A stretch of DNA of 64,000 nt from Pseudanabaena frigida (GCA_003242085.1 QBML01000010.1:41983-105982); one strand, 5' to 3'. Counted from the stretch's first letter, positions 18,481 to 28,674 are shown. A program made the numbers and translations. The notes: a model not told the origin generated them from the letters alone.

Positions 18481-19554
18481 ATGCAGTCATCTACTCCAGT
18501 CGATACCTCTGGACTAACTCGTCAGTCTCCATTAGTAATTGCGCCATTTTTCCTTTGGGGGACAGCAATGGTAGTGATGAAAGCGTTATTGCCACAAACA
18601 AGTCCCATGTTTATGGCGGCTGTACGATTGATCCCTGCTGGGATATTACTGGTTATTGGTGCTGCGTATTTTGGTAGAGCGCAACCAAAGAGCTGGCGTG
18701 CTTGGCTATGGATCGGCTTATTTGCCTTGGTTGATGGCACTATGTTTCAGGGCTTTTTAGTACAAGGTTTAGTCCGCACCAATGCAGGACTTGGCTCTTT
18801 GCTAATCGACTCTCAGCCTCTAGCTGTAGCAGTTCTTGCCGCAGTCCTATATAAAGAGAAAATTGGTGTTGGCGCAACTCTCGGTCTATTGGTTGGTGTA
18901 ATTGGGATTGGACTAATCGGATTGCCATCGGAATTGATGGCGGCTTTGCTAGCAGGAGATTTTGCCACCGTTTTAGAGGCGGGAGTATTTACACTAGGCG
19001 AGTGGTTTATGCTCGGAGCCTCATTGTCGATGGCGATCGGCACAATTTTGATCCGCCCTGTGGTGCGCTATGCCGATCCTGTGATGGCAACGGGTTGGCA
19101 CATGATTATTGGAGGAATTCCTTTATTATTGCTCTCAGCACAAATTGAGCAGAATCAATGGCAAGCTGTAAGCGCTTGGGGCTGGCTGGGAATGGCATAT
19201 ATGGCAATTATGGGCAGTGCCATATCCTATGGATTGTTTTTCTTTTTTGCATCTTCAGGTAGTTTGACAACTCTTAGTGGCTTGACCTTTTCGACCCCAG
19301 TTTTTGCTCTCATGTTTAGTAGCCTGTTTTTAGGTGAAAATCTCACTCTAGTGCAATGGATTGGTGTGATTTTGACCTTAACTAGCATTTACCTTGTCAG
19401 TATGCGCGGGTCAGGACAAGATAGTAATAAAGAGGATAAATCTGCTCCAGAAATTACTACTAATACGATGCTTCCTGCATCGGAGCAAGTCGTCGTTAGC
19501 TCGGTTATACCAGTTTTGCAGCAGCCCGTAAATGAATTGAGAATTCCCGAATAA
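18481..19554 (+). CDS. DMT/EamA family transporter
   Basis: About ten TM helices in two EamA repeats (FFLWGTAMV, SQPLAVAVLA, LFLGENLT). Confidence 0.9.
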   Translation: MQSSTPVDTSGLTRQSPLVIAPFFLWGTAMVVMKALLPQTSPMFMAAVRLIPAGILLVIGAAYFGRAQPKSWRAWLWIGLFALVDGTMFQGFLVQGLVRTNAGLGSLLIDSQPLAVAVLAAVLYKEKIGVGATLGLLVGVIGIGLIGLPSELMAALLAGDFATVLEAGVFTLGEWFMLGASLSMAIGTILIRPVVRYADPVMATGWHMIIGGIPLLLLSAQIEQNQWQAVSAWGWLGMAYMAIMGSAISYGLFFFFASSGSLTTLSGLTFSTPVFALMFSSLFLGENLTLVQWIGVILTLTSIYLVSMRGSGQDSNKEDKSAPEITTNTMLPASEQVVVSSVIPVLQQPVNELRIPE

Positions 19555-19558
19555 GTCT

Positions 19559-20632
19559 ATGCCCACTTTATATGCTGCAATTACTAATCATGGTTTTGGA
19601 CATGCAACACGAACTGCTGCTGTCCTTGCAGAACTACAACAGCGATCGCCTGATATTAAACTGATTATCGCGACGACAGCTCCGCGCTGGTTATTGGAGG
19701 AGTATATCGAAGGCGATTTTGTATATCATCATCGTGTTTTTGATGTGGGCGTGATCCAAATTGATAGTTTGCAGACCGATCGCGAGGCAACTTTTGCTGC
19801 ATGGCAACAAATTCGTGCGAACCAAGCAGACTTAATCAAAGCGGAAGTCAAATTTTTGCAAGAAAATAAAGTCGATTTGATTTTTGGGGATATTCCGCCA
19901 ATGACTGCTGAGATAGCGAAAGCTGCGAATATTCCTTGTTGGATGGCGGGTAATTTTGGCTGGGATTTTATCTATCGTGATTGGGGTGGCAAGTTTATTG
20001 AACTTGCTGAGGGGCTATCAGAAACCTATAGCCATTGCGATCGCCTCTTTCGGTTGCCATTTGCTGATTCGATGAGTTGCTTTCCCAACATACAAGATGT
20101 GGGATTGACTGGGGCAAAACCCAAATATTCAGCAGAATGTTTGCGTGAAAAATTTAATTTAGATAGCGATCGCCCCACCGCCCTACTTACTTTTGGTGGA
20201 TTAAGCTTGCAGTCAATTCCTTACCAAAATTTGGCAAATTTTCCTGATTGGCAATTTGTCACTTTCGATCGAGATGCTCCTGAAGCGCCAAATCTCACTA
20301 AAGCTAATTGCGATCGCCTTCGCCCTGTCGATTTGATGGTGGTATGCGATCGGCTTATCACTAAACCCGGCTATGGCACTTTATCTGAAGCTTTGCGCGT
20401 TGGGATTCCTGTTGTGTGTCTTACCCGTGAAGGATTTTTAGAAGCAGAAACTTTGATTGCGGGTTTAAAAAGCTATGCTGAGCATCTAATTATTTCTCCA
20501 CAAGAGTTTTATGAAGGTGACTGGACATTTCTTAACTCCCCATTCCAGTCTCCAGATTTAGCAGATGCTAAGCAACTGGATATGCATGGTGAAGCTACGG
20601 TCAATCAAGCGATTTTGGATTATCTATTCTAG
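19559..20632 (+). CDS. Glycosyltransferase-like protein (GT-B fold)
   Basis: ITNHGFGHATR at the N-terminus and LITKPGYGTLSEA at the C-terminus. Confidence 0.8.
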   Translation: MPTLYAAITNHGFGHATRTAAVLAELQQRSPDIKLIIATTAPRWLLEEYIEGDFVYHHRVFDVGVIQIDSLQTDREATFAAWQQIRANQADLIKAEVKFLQENKVDLIFGDIPPMTAEIAKAANIPCWMAGNFGWDFIYRDWGGKFIELAEGLSETYSHCDRLFRLPFADSMSCFPNIQDVGLTGAKPKYSAECLREKFNLDSDRPTALLTFGGLSLQSIPYQNLANFPDWQFVTFDRDAPEAPNLTKANCDRLRPVDLMVVCDRLITKPGYGTLSEALRVGIPVVCLTREGFLEAETLIAGLKSYAEHLIISPQEFYEGDWTFLNSPFQSPDLADAKQLDMHGEATVNQAILDYLF

Positions 20633-20767
20633 ATGTAGCACCTCGGTGCGATTAAAACCTGTACCGCACGCATAGAGTGCAGTGCAGATTTTGGATTTAG
20701 TTTTTAGTCATCATTATGTAACCGCCTAGAGTATTTTCCTTAGCAAAGGTAGTTTTGCTTAGGGCAT

Positions 20768-20822
20768 AAAACCCAAATAAGTAGAGGTGGTGCGAAGCGC
20801 CGCCTCTACTTATTTGGGTTTT
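20768..20822. repeat. Long hairpin element, family A copy 1 (26-bp stem, GC-GAA-GC cap)
   Basis: AAAACCCAAATAAGTAGAGGTGGTGC-GAA-GCGCCGCCTCTACTTATTTGGGTTTT, with two G.T pairs. Confidence 0.9.
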
Positions 20823-20985
20823 GATTTGTCAAAGATATCTCTTGCATCGCTATAAATCTAGAGAGAGAGGTATTTGTGAGCTTGTCTCTATCAAATTAAT
20901 TAAATTTACAAAGCAAACTTTGACTTGGTTGTTTTGATACACTTGGGATCGATTGTCAGCGTAAACTAAAAATCTCTCTGTCGCT

Positions 20986-21861
20986 GTGGAATCGACAAAT
21001 ATGGAAATCGATAAATGCTATCAACTTCTAGGACTAACATCCAATGCGACTTTAGAAGATGTCAATAAAGCTTATAAAGCTCTAGCGCTGCAATGGCATC
21101 CAGACCGCATTCCTAGAGAGAATGTGCAGCAACAACTACAAGCTCAAGAAAAGCTTAAAGAAATTAACCATGCAAGGGATAGCGTGCGAAAGGCTACCGA
21201 GCAGAAACAATCGACGGTGCAAGCTAGATATTCTCACCAGAATTCCAATCAAAGTAATCGACAATATCACCATCATCAAACTAGGTATCAAGGTAAATAT
21301 CAGAGCACTTATCAGGGAACATATCAGTCGCAGCACCAAACTTCAGAGCGTGCTTCAGAACGTTATTACCAAAATCAATCACAGTCCTATCAGCCTTATC
21401 AATCGCGCCAGCAAAACTATAAACAGTCAAATTCTCAGGCTGAATCATATAGTGCGTCTCAAACACCGCCTCAAGCTTCCCAAAAAACACAAAAGCCAGA
21501 CCATCTGACTGGGGCTGATTTAAGTGGAGCGAATTTGCGAGAAAAATACCTTGAAGGTCGAAATCTAAGCTACGCCAATCTGAGTAATGCTGATTTAACT
21601 GATGCTTTTTTGCATCGTGTCAATTTTCAAGGAGCAAATCTTCGAGGGGCAAATTTGTTCCGTGCCAATCTATTTCAAGCTAATTTGCAAAACGCCGATT
21701 TGCGTGAAGCTAATTTAATCGGTGCAGATTTGAGTGGTGCAGATTTGAGTGGTGCAAACTTGACTGGTGCCAAGATTGGCTTTGGCGAAAAAATTATGGT
21801 CAAACTAACGAGTGTTAACCTCAAAGGCGCGACCATGCCTAATGGGTCTATACATTTATAG
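20986..21861 (+). CDS. J-domain protein with Q/Y/S-rich linker and pentapeptide repeats
   Basis: J-domain with intact HPD (LQWHPD); low-complexity middle; A(D/N)L(S/X)XX repeats. Start is GTG 20986 or ATG 21001. Confidence 0.9.
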   Translation: MESTNMEIDKCYQLLGLTSNATLEDVNKAYKALALQWHPDRIPRENVQQQLQAQEKLKEINHARDSVRKATEQKQSTVQARYSHQNSNQSNRQYHHHQTRYQGKYQSTYQGTYQSQHQTSERASERYYQNQSQSYQPYQSRQQNYKQSNSQAESYSASQTPPQASQKTQKPDHLTGADLSGANLREKYLEGRNLSYANLSNADLTDAFLHRVNFQGANLRGANLFRANLFQANLQNADLREANLIGADLSGADLSGANLTGAKIGFGEKIMVKLTSVNLKGATMPNGSIHL

Positions 21862-21867
21862 ACACAC

Positions 21868-21908
21868 CAAAAAAGGATGGTAGTGCTTTGCACTACCATC
21901 CTTTTTTG
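21868..21908. terminator. 19-bp perfect hairpin with GC-TTT-GC cap after the J-domain gene
   Basis: CAAAAAAGGATGGTAGTGC-TTT-GCACTACCATCCTTTTTTG. Confidence 0.8.
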
Positions 21909-22489
21909 TGTTCAACAAAAATAGCGGGCATTGCCAATTATTAGTTAGCAATCCACGCTATAGAGGAATTATCCGAGACATTTCATTACATTAGCGACAA
22001 AAAAATGACTAAACATCAGCAAAATTGCTTGACTTAAATGTGCAGTCATTCATGTTTATAGATGCGATCGCTGTGCAGTTATGAAGTTAATGGGGAATTC
22101 GATCACAAGAAATCAATTTAGATATCCCTGTCAGATTATGGCGATACGACTCATTGAATTAGGGATTTAAATCTGGTAAGTGGTGATCTTGAAAATAATC
22201 AGAAATTGCTCAGATCTACCCAAAGAGCGATAGTACTGAAAATTTTAACTGAATTTTTCTGTCAAATTGGATACTTAATATACTTATCTCTTTCTCAAGG
22301 GTGATTTATGATCCCCATTAATATCGTAGTTTAAAAACTGGTCACTATCGTTTAAAATTTTTAGTCTTTGTATATGAGTCTAAAAAAGTTTAAAAACTAT
22401 TGATTTAATATTTGATTTTTAGCTATTTAAATTAACTTTTTTTTATTTATTTCCTAACAAACATCTCTGTTGCTTAACACCTAAAAAAT

Positions 22490-23329
22490 ATGTCTACATT
22501 GTCTACGTTGTGGGCGATCTCATTGAGTTCGCTTATTTCTAGTGCGTCTTCACCAATACTTTTATCTGAGATTGTTAATCAAAGCAACAATTACGATCTT
22601 CAGTTAATCTACCAAAAAAATACTGTTGTTGGTAATGATTCATCAATATCTAAAAAACGTCGATATGAGATCGAGTTTCATGCAAATTCGGCTAAAGAGT
22701 GGATGATAACAGTGAATCGTCAACCAACATTTTGGGTTAAAGATTTACCAGATGCAGCGATCGCTACGACAAAACTGGCTATGATCATGAGCGCTCAAGA
22801 CTTTGATTTTAATCTTATTGAGCCGATAGTAATAAATGGTGAATATATCGGTAAATATAAAAATGTAGTTTTATTTAAAATTCCTAAATCTGAGGTTGTA
22901 AACCCTTCATTAAACTTGACCCAATGGATTAATAATTTGCGAGTTGCTTCTGGGGCAGAGCCCTTGACCTTAGTCGAAGCTCAAAAGCGCATGTATCAAT
23001 TAGCGGTCACAAGCGAACAAATTGATGGGGTTGCTTCTTGGTATGGCCCCTATTTTCAGGGCAGACAGACAGCATCAGGAGAGCAGTTTGAACAGCAGGA
23101 TTTCACGGCTGCCCATCCTAGCTTGCCTTTTGATACTTATCTCAAAGTTACTAACCAGCAAAATGGTAGGTCAGTGGTAGTAAGAATTAACGATCGAGGT
23201 CCCTATGTGGGCGATCGCAATTTGGATTTATCTCATGCAGCTGCTATCGCCCTCAATAGTGACGAGGTTGGGGTTGTGCCAATTACTGCAACTGTGCTCG
23301 TGCCATCTGGTGCTAATCCTTTACATTAG
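22490..23329 (+). CDS. rlpA: Septal ring lytic transglycosylase RlpA family protein
   Basis: C-terminal DPBB motifs GVASWYG, TASGE, TAAHPSLPF, VVVRINDRGPY and LDLS. Confidence 0.88.
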   Translation: MSTLSTLWAISLSSLISSASSPILLSEIVNQSNNYDLQLIYQKNTVVGNDSSISKKRRYEIEFHANSAKEWMITVNRQPTFWVKDLPDAAIATTKLAMIMSAQDFDFNLIEPIVINGEYIGKYKNVVLFKIPKSEVVNPSLNLTQWINNLRVASGAEPLTLVEAQKRMYQLAVTSEQIDGVASWYGPYFQGRQTASGEQFEQQDFTAAHPSLPFDTYLKVTNQQNGRSVVVRINDRGPYVGDRNLDLSHAAAIALNSDEVGVVPITATVLVPSGANPLH

Positions 23330-23364
23330 AGAAAAGGTGCTGCTTAGCAGCGCCTTTTCTCTAA
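23326..23364. terminator. 18-bp hairpin spanning the whole gap between two convergent stop codons
   Basis: TTAGAGAAAAGGTGCTGC-TTA-GCAGCGCCTTTTCTCTAA, with one G.T pair. Confidence 0.8.
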
Positions 23365-24251
23365 CGTAAGTTTTCAGTACGAGTACCAATATCAAGAAAT
23401 TGGATCAACTTGACAGGATCGGCATTAAACATGAAAGCTCTAGAATCAGGTGTAATTTTATAACCTTCTTTTTCGGCAGCTTTTTGAGCGGCATAGGGCA
23501 GAGGACTGGATAGTTCAAACATCAAACGAGCATAAGGATCGTTCAATACTTCTGCGGTGTTGGGAAAAGAAACAGGCTGTGTATATTCGGCAGAAAGATG
23601 GATGTTATACAGCAGCACGGAACCATCAGAAGTACTCAGTTTTTTGAGGTTAAGCGCTTCCTCGGTCGGATCGCCATCCGTTGATTCACCATCAGTAATA
23701 TTGATAATTGTTGGTGGATAGCTGTTTGGATGTTTTTCAATCCAATCCTCTAGCAGGATACGCGCCAATGCAAATACGCTGCACATAGCTGTGCCACCAC
23801 TTGCCACAGGTTTAAACCAAATTGGAAAGTCGTTATAGACTTCGACAAGTCCTCCCATTCCATCAGGTAATTTTTGGGCGCGTTTTTCTAATTCGGTTGG
23901 ATTTTCGTAGATCTTCCCGATCGGGGCGATCGCATGGTTGCCAGCAACACCATTGAGTGCTGAGGCAACTTCGCTGTTGTAACCAATTACCCCAACATCA
24001 AAGTAATCATAAATTTCGTTACCTTTAACGCAACGTTGACCGAGTGAATCAAGTAAACGATTTACAGCATCAGCTACAGCCTGTGCTTTTTGGATGGGTT
24101 CACTGGTCTTATGCAAGCTTTCATTTGCACCTTTGGCTGTTCCTTTACTAGCACTTTCTCTGGAAAATGCATCTGCCATCGATCCCGATTGATCGATGAG
24201 AAATAGGAAGCAACTTGGTTGACGACGACTGATCTCTGCTGAGTAAGGCAT
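23361..24251 (-). CDS. vWA domain protein (TerY-like)
   Basis: MIDAS-type motifs FLIDQSGSM, GGTAM and NITDG. Confidence 0.82.
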   Translation of the reverse strand: MPYSAEISRRQPSCFLFLIDQSGSMADAFSRESASKGTAKGANESLHKTSEPIQKAQAVADAVNRLLDSLGQRCVKGNEIYDYFDVGVIGYNSEVASALNGVAGNHAIAPIGKIYENPTELEKRAQKLPDGMGGLVEVYNDFPIWFKPVASGGTAMCSVFALARILLEDWIEKHPNSYPPTIINITDGESTDGDPTEEALNLKKLSTSDGSVLLYNIHLSAEYTQPVSFPNTAEVLNDPYARLMFELSSPLPYAAQKAAEKEGYKITPDSRAFMFNADPVKLIQFLDIGTRTENLR

Positions 24252-24515
24252 ATTAAACTTACCCGATTCCTTATGTAGTATGTCTCAAGACTTAACCTCA
24301 GTCTAGCAAAGGTAAGCTCAATAAAAAGTCCCGCGATTAAAATTCAGCTATTTATAGTAAGCGTATGACGATCTAAACTATGATGCGTTCTTCCTCGAAG
24401 AGTCTGCTTTCTAAGCATTATGGCGTTTGCTTCTATTTTGTTAGTTATTATGATGTTAAGATATACAGCTTTTTAGCTGTCAATTTTTAGACCATCATTA
24501 AATACTCCTGAAATT

Positions 24516-25994
24516 ATGCTGTCTGTCAGTCTCAAAAAGATACTTCTAAAAGGAGAAGTACTGTCCTTATTGAGAGGATTAGTTAACACCATCACTTCTC
24601 CAATCGTAATTCAAGATCGAGATGGGAAGATTTTGGTTGCAGATCTGGGCACAGAAGCAATAGACAGAAAAAATTCAGACTTGAACAAAGCAGGTACAGA
24701 TCGGATTGAATTGGATACAGAAGCCAAAAAAATTCCTATTGTGCTGGATGAAGAAGTTTTAGGATGGGTTATTGGAGCAGAGATGGTTGAGCAGGTTGCT
24801 AATTTTATTAACTACTTGGTCAATCGTGAATTTGAGCGCAAAACGCTGGCGGCTGATGCTTTGGATAAATATCGAGAAATTAGCCTCCTGTATACGATCT
24901 CTAGTAAATTATCTAACTGCTTAGATGTTAAGGAAATTGGTGCACTGGTAATTGAGGAAGCTAGTCGTCTCATTAAATCTACTAGTGCCTCTGTGATGTT
25001 ACAGAATGAGCAAAATAATTGTCTTGAAATAATTTCAGCGAAGGGGACAGCCGAACAGATCAGTAGGTTAAAAATCCATAACAACGAAGGAATTGCGGGG
25101 CATGTATTTGTAACTGGTAAACCAGAGCTAGTAAATAATGCAACTCAAGACCCAAGGTATATCGCCATTGAGAATGAATCCTATGCGCTTATTTGCGTGC
25201 CAATTCTGACTAAAGATCGAATTTTAGGCGTTGTCAATATCAGTAATTCCGAACCAGTCAACTATACATCTCAAGATTTAAAGCTATTTACAGCGCTAGT
25301 TACACAGGCTTCTGGCGCAATTGAGAATGCGATTCTCCATGAGAGTAAATTGCGAGAAGAGAGAATCAAGAACAATTTGGAACGATATCTATCACCACAG
25401 GTAGCTCACGCGGTAATTAGTGCCAAAGGTGAAGTTTCTTTAACTACGAGTAAACGCAAAATTGCGATGCTGTTTTCCGATATTCGTAATTTCACAACTA
25501 AATGTGAAGAGCTTGAACCAGAGCAACTTGTCTCTTATCTCAATGAGTATTTTACGCAAATGGTTGATGTAATATTTAGCCATAAGGGAACTGTGAATAA
25601 ATTTGTGGGCGATATGATCGTGGCGATGTTTGGTGCACCTTCTGACATTCTAGATCGAGAAGAATGTGCGATCGCGGCAGCAATTAATATGCAAAAGCGA
25701 ATCAAAAATTTGCCAATTGATTGGATTCGCGACAACTTCATCACAGGCATTGGTATCAGCTCAGGCGATGTGATTGTCGGTAATATTGGTTCACCTCAGC
25801 ATATGGACTACACAGCGATCGGTGATGAGATGAATATTGCCTCACGATTACAAGGATTAGCTGAGGGTGGACAAATTCTAGTGACTCGAAGTGTATACGA
25901 GGCAACGCAGACAAAATTTCAATTTAGAGAGTTTGGAACTTTGCCTGTAAAAGGGAAAAAGAACTTAGTGGAAATTTTTGAAGTGATTTACTAA
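24516..25994 (+). CDS. GAF-domain class III adenylate/guanylate cyclase
   Basis: GAF (LICVPIL, LGVVNI); cyclase motifs MLFSDIRNFT, NKFVGDMIVAMFG, DYTAIGDEMNIASRLQ. Confidence 0.92.
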   Translation: MLSVSLKKILLKGEVLSLLRGLVNTITSPIVIQDRDGKILVADLGTEAIDRKNSDLNKAGTDRIELDTEAKKIPIVLDEEVLGWVIGAEMVEQVANFINYLVNREFERKTLAADALDKYREISLLYTISSKLSNCLDVKEIGALVIEEASRLIKSTSASVMLQNEQNNCLEIISAKGTAEQISRLKIHNNEGIAGHVFVTGKPELVNNATQDPRYIAIENESYALICVPILTKDRILGVVNISNSEPVNYTSQDLKLFTALVTQASGAIENAILHESKLREERIKNNLERYLSPQVAHAVISAKGEVSLTTSKRKIAMLFSDIRNFTTKCEELEPEQLVSYLNEYFTQMVDVIFSHKGTVNKFVGDMIVAMFGAPSDILDREECAIAAAINMQKRIKNLPIDWIRDNFITGIGISSGDVIVGNIGSPQHMDYTAIGDEMNIASRLQGLAEGGQILVTRSVYEATQTKFQFREFGTLPVKGKKNLVEIFEVIY

Positions 25995-26089
25995 AAAAGG
26001 TGGCGTTTAGTACCACCTTTATAGATTAATTTTGAATGCAAAGCGCTGTAAGTGATACATTAGTTTTGAGTAACCTCAAAGGCTTTAAA

Positions 26090-26473
26090 ATGAGCAAAAA
26101 GCTATTAATCGTTGATGATGAGCCTCACATCCGTTTGCTACTAGAGCAAACCTTAGAAGAGCTAGAAGATTATGATGTAGAGCTATTGACAGCAACTAAT
26201 GGGTTAGAAGCGCTTGAAACTATTCAGCGTGAAAAACCTAATTTAGTTTTTTTAGACGTAATGATGCCAAAAATGAATGGCTACGATGTATGTCAAAAAG
26301 TTAAAGGAGAATTAGGTCTGAGCGATGTATACATCATTATGCTGACCGCTAAGGGGCAAGAATTCGATCGCAGTCGTGGCAAAGATGTCGGGGCGGATAT
26401 TTATATGACTAAACCCTTCGATCCTGATGAAATCTTAGAAAAATCATTTGAAATCCTAGGGATAGAAGCTTAA
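26090..26473 (+). CDS. Single-domain response regulator
   Basis: LLIVDDE, LVFLDVMMP, LTAKG, MTKPF. ATG 26090 preferred over the ORF-track start at 26036. Confidence 0.92.
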   Translation: MSKKLLIVDDEPHIRLLLEQTLEELEDYDVELLTATNGLEALETIQREKPNLVFLDVMMPKMNGYDVCQKVKGELGLSDVYIIMLTAKGQEFDRSRGKDVGADIYMTKPFDPDEILEKSFEILGIEA

Positions 26474-27748
26474 ATGGGTGTAAACCTGACTTGTAAGTTA
26501 AGCGATCGCTTTCTAGATAGTAACCAAGGCAGCAGTCAGCGCCAATTGGCGATCTCTGTTTCGGCTAGTGCTGCTGTCGATGGTGGTAATGCCCCTCTTA
26601 ATCTGTGTCTAGTCTTAGATCACAGTGGCTCTATGGGAGGGCAGCCCCTTGATACTGTCAAACGTGCTGCTCGCGATTTAGTGGATCGCATGTATCCGCA
26701 AGATCGAATTAGTGTAGTTGGATTTGACCATAAAGCTAAAGTCGTTGTCGAAAATCAACTGGTAGATAGGGTTGAATCGATTAAAGAAAAGATTCAATCA
26801 CTCAAGGCTTCGGGTGGTACTTGTATCGATGATGGGATCAAACTTGGCTTGCAGGAAACTAGTAAGGGTAAGGATGGAACAGTTAGCCAGATTTTTGTGC
26901 TAACTGATGGGGAAAATGAGCATGGTGATAATGAGCGTTGCTTTCAGTTTTCGCGCTTGGCGACTGAATATAACATGACCTTACATAGTCTTGGTTTTGG
27001 TGATAGCTGGAATCAAGATGTGTTAGAACGCATTGCTGACGCAGGTGGTGGTGCGATGGCATACATTCCATCTCCTGCGGCTGCGGGTGAAGAATTTCAA
27101 AAGTTGTTACGGCGAGTTCAAGCGATCGGGCTGACCAATGCCCATTTGATCCTACAGCTAGCTCCTCACGTAAGACTTGCCGAATTAAAACCGATCGCCC
27201 AAGTTGCGCCTGATACGATCGAGTTACCTTATCAAACCGAAGGTGATGCAATTATTGTCAGGCTCGGCGATCTGATGACAGATGTAGAACGAGTAGTGTT
27301 GTTTAATCTTTATATCAGCCCTGCGAGCTACATTGCTCAGTATCCAGATCGTTCTGAAATTCCGATTTTGACAGCTCAAGTCCGCTTTGATATTCCCTCA
27401 CTAGCTCAAATTAATTCGCTATCATCATCAGTGGCGATCGCTGCGGACTTAGTCCAAGATTTTACGCCGCAGGTCGATCCACAAGTCCAAAACCATTTAT
27501 TAGCTTTAGCTAAATATCGTCAAACACAGCTTGCCGAACAAAAACTTCAACAGGGCGATCGTGCTGGTGCTGCGACAATGTTACAATCTGCAGCAAAAAC
27601 TGCTTTGCAAATGGGTGATCGAAATGCTTCAACGATTCTGCAAAATAATGCAACACGGTTGCAATCAGGTACAGAACTGAGTGAATCCGATCGTAAAAAA
27701 ACACGAATTGCATCCAAAACTGTCCTGCAACCGCCTACGAATTCCTAA
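26474..27748 (+). CDS. vWA domain protein
   Basis: LVLDHSGSMGG, ASGGT and VLTDGENEHG MIDAS motifs; begins directly after the response regulator stop. Confidence 0.9.
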   Translation: MGVNLTCKLSDRFLDSNQGSSQRQLAISVSASAAVDGGNAPLNLCLVLDHSGSMGGQPLDTVKRAARDLVDRMYPQDRISVVGFDHKAKVVVENQLVDRVESIKEKIQSLKASGGTCIDDGIKLGLQETSKGKDGTVSQIFVLTDGENEHGDNERCFQFSRLATEYNMTLHSLGFGDSWNQDVLERIADAGGGAMAYIPSPAAAGEEFQKLLRRVQAIGLTNAHLILQLAPHVRLAELKPIAQVAPDTIELPYQTEGDAIIVRLGDLMTDVERVVLFNLYISPASYIAQYPDRSEIPILTAQVRFDIPSLAQINSLSSSVAIAADLVQDFTPQVDPQVQNHLLALAKYRQTQLAEQKLQQGDRAGAATMLQSAAKTALQMGDRNASTILQNNATRLQSGTELSESDRKKTRIASKTVLQPPTNS

Positions 27749-27818
27749 CTATAATAAGTAGTCGGCGCTATGCGCCAAACATTCTCACATCTTTAAGTTG
27801 CCCCAAAAAGTTGCTTTT

Positions 27819-28616
27819 ATGATTACCTGTCCTAATTGCGCTCATCTTAATCCTGACGGAGCCGTAAACTGCGAAGCCTGTTTTACACCGTTGCCTATCG
27901 TCAAAAGCATTCAATGCCCTAGTTGCAATGCGACAGTGTTATCAGATGCAAAGTTTTGTGGGCATTGTGGATTTAACCTTAATTCTGCGACTGCCATCAA
28001 TCCTCATCAAGAGGTTAAGGTTGAGAGTAAATCGATTGAACGGTCAGTCGATCCATCAACTGAAGTTTTTCCCGTACTACCCATTTCAAGTGCTATGTCA
28101 AATTCTTTACCTGATGAGACTACAGAAGGAAATAACGTCCCAGACTTTTCTACAAGTTCTAGCTCCGCAATTCCAACCATTCCAATGGCATTCGAGGCAG
28201 ATCCTCTACTTGCATCTCAGTCAAGTAACTTAGGCGCGAACGTAGCTGCTGCTCCTACAGGCAGTGTTAAGACTCAGTTACAACAATTTTCGGCATCTTT
28301 ACTGCACGTGCAGACTAATCTCACGATTGAAATTCCTGCTCATTTACCAGTTGTACATATTGGGAAGCCAAATACTGTAATTCCGCCTGATATCGATGTT
28401 TCTGGTTTCCCTGATTCTGATATCGTTTCTCGCATTCATGCTGATATTCGAGCTGAGGGAGGTGCTTTTTATTTTGAGGATACTGGCAGCTCTAATGGTA
28501 CTTATATCAACAATTTACCCTTACCTGCGGGCAATCGTCATAAGCTCAGGGCAGGCGATCGCATTTCACTTGGCAAAGGTGACAAGGTAAGTTTTGTATT
28601 TCAACTTAGCTCTTAG
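27819..28616 (+). CDS. Double zinc ribbon - FHA domain protein
   Basis: Four CxxC pairs (CPNC, CEAC, CPSC, CGHC); FHA motifs IGK, VSRIHA and SSNGTYIN. ATG 27819 preferred. Confidence 0.9.
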   Translation: MITCPNCAHLNPDGAVNCEACFTPLPIVKSIQCPSCNATVLSDAKFCGHCGFNLNSATAINPHQEVKVESKSIERSVDPSTEVFPVLPISSAMSNSLPDETTEGNNVPDFSTSSSSAIPTIPMAFEADPLLASQSSNLGANVAAAPTGSVKTQLQQFSASLLHVQTNLTIEIPAHLPVVHIGKPNTVIPPDIDVSGFPDSDIVSRIHADIRAEGGAFYFEDTGSSNGTYINNLPLPAGNRHKLRAGDRISLGKGDKVSFVFQLSS

Positions 28617-28622
28617 CAATTC

Positions 28623-28661
28623 AAAACAGAGAGGCGGTGCAATGCGCCGCCTCTCTGTTTT
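28623..28661. terminator. 18-bp hairpin with GC-AAT-GC cap between convergent genes
   Basis: AAAACAGAGAGGCGGTGC-AAT-GCGCCGCCTCTCTGTTTT, with one G.T pair. Confidence 0.8.
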
Positions 28662-28674
28662 TTGGTTTTAGTCG

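Noticed and set aside
21719-21757. 15-bp tandem repeat GGTGCAGATTTGAGT
   Set aside because: Explained by pentapeptide coding (GADLS repeats).
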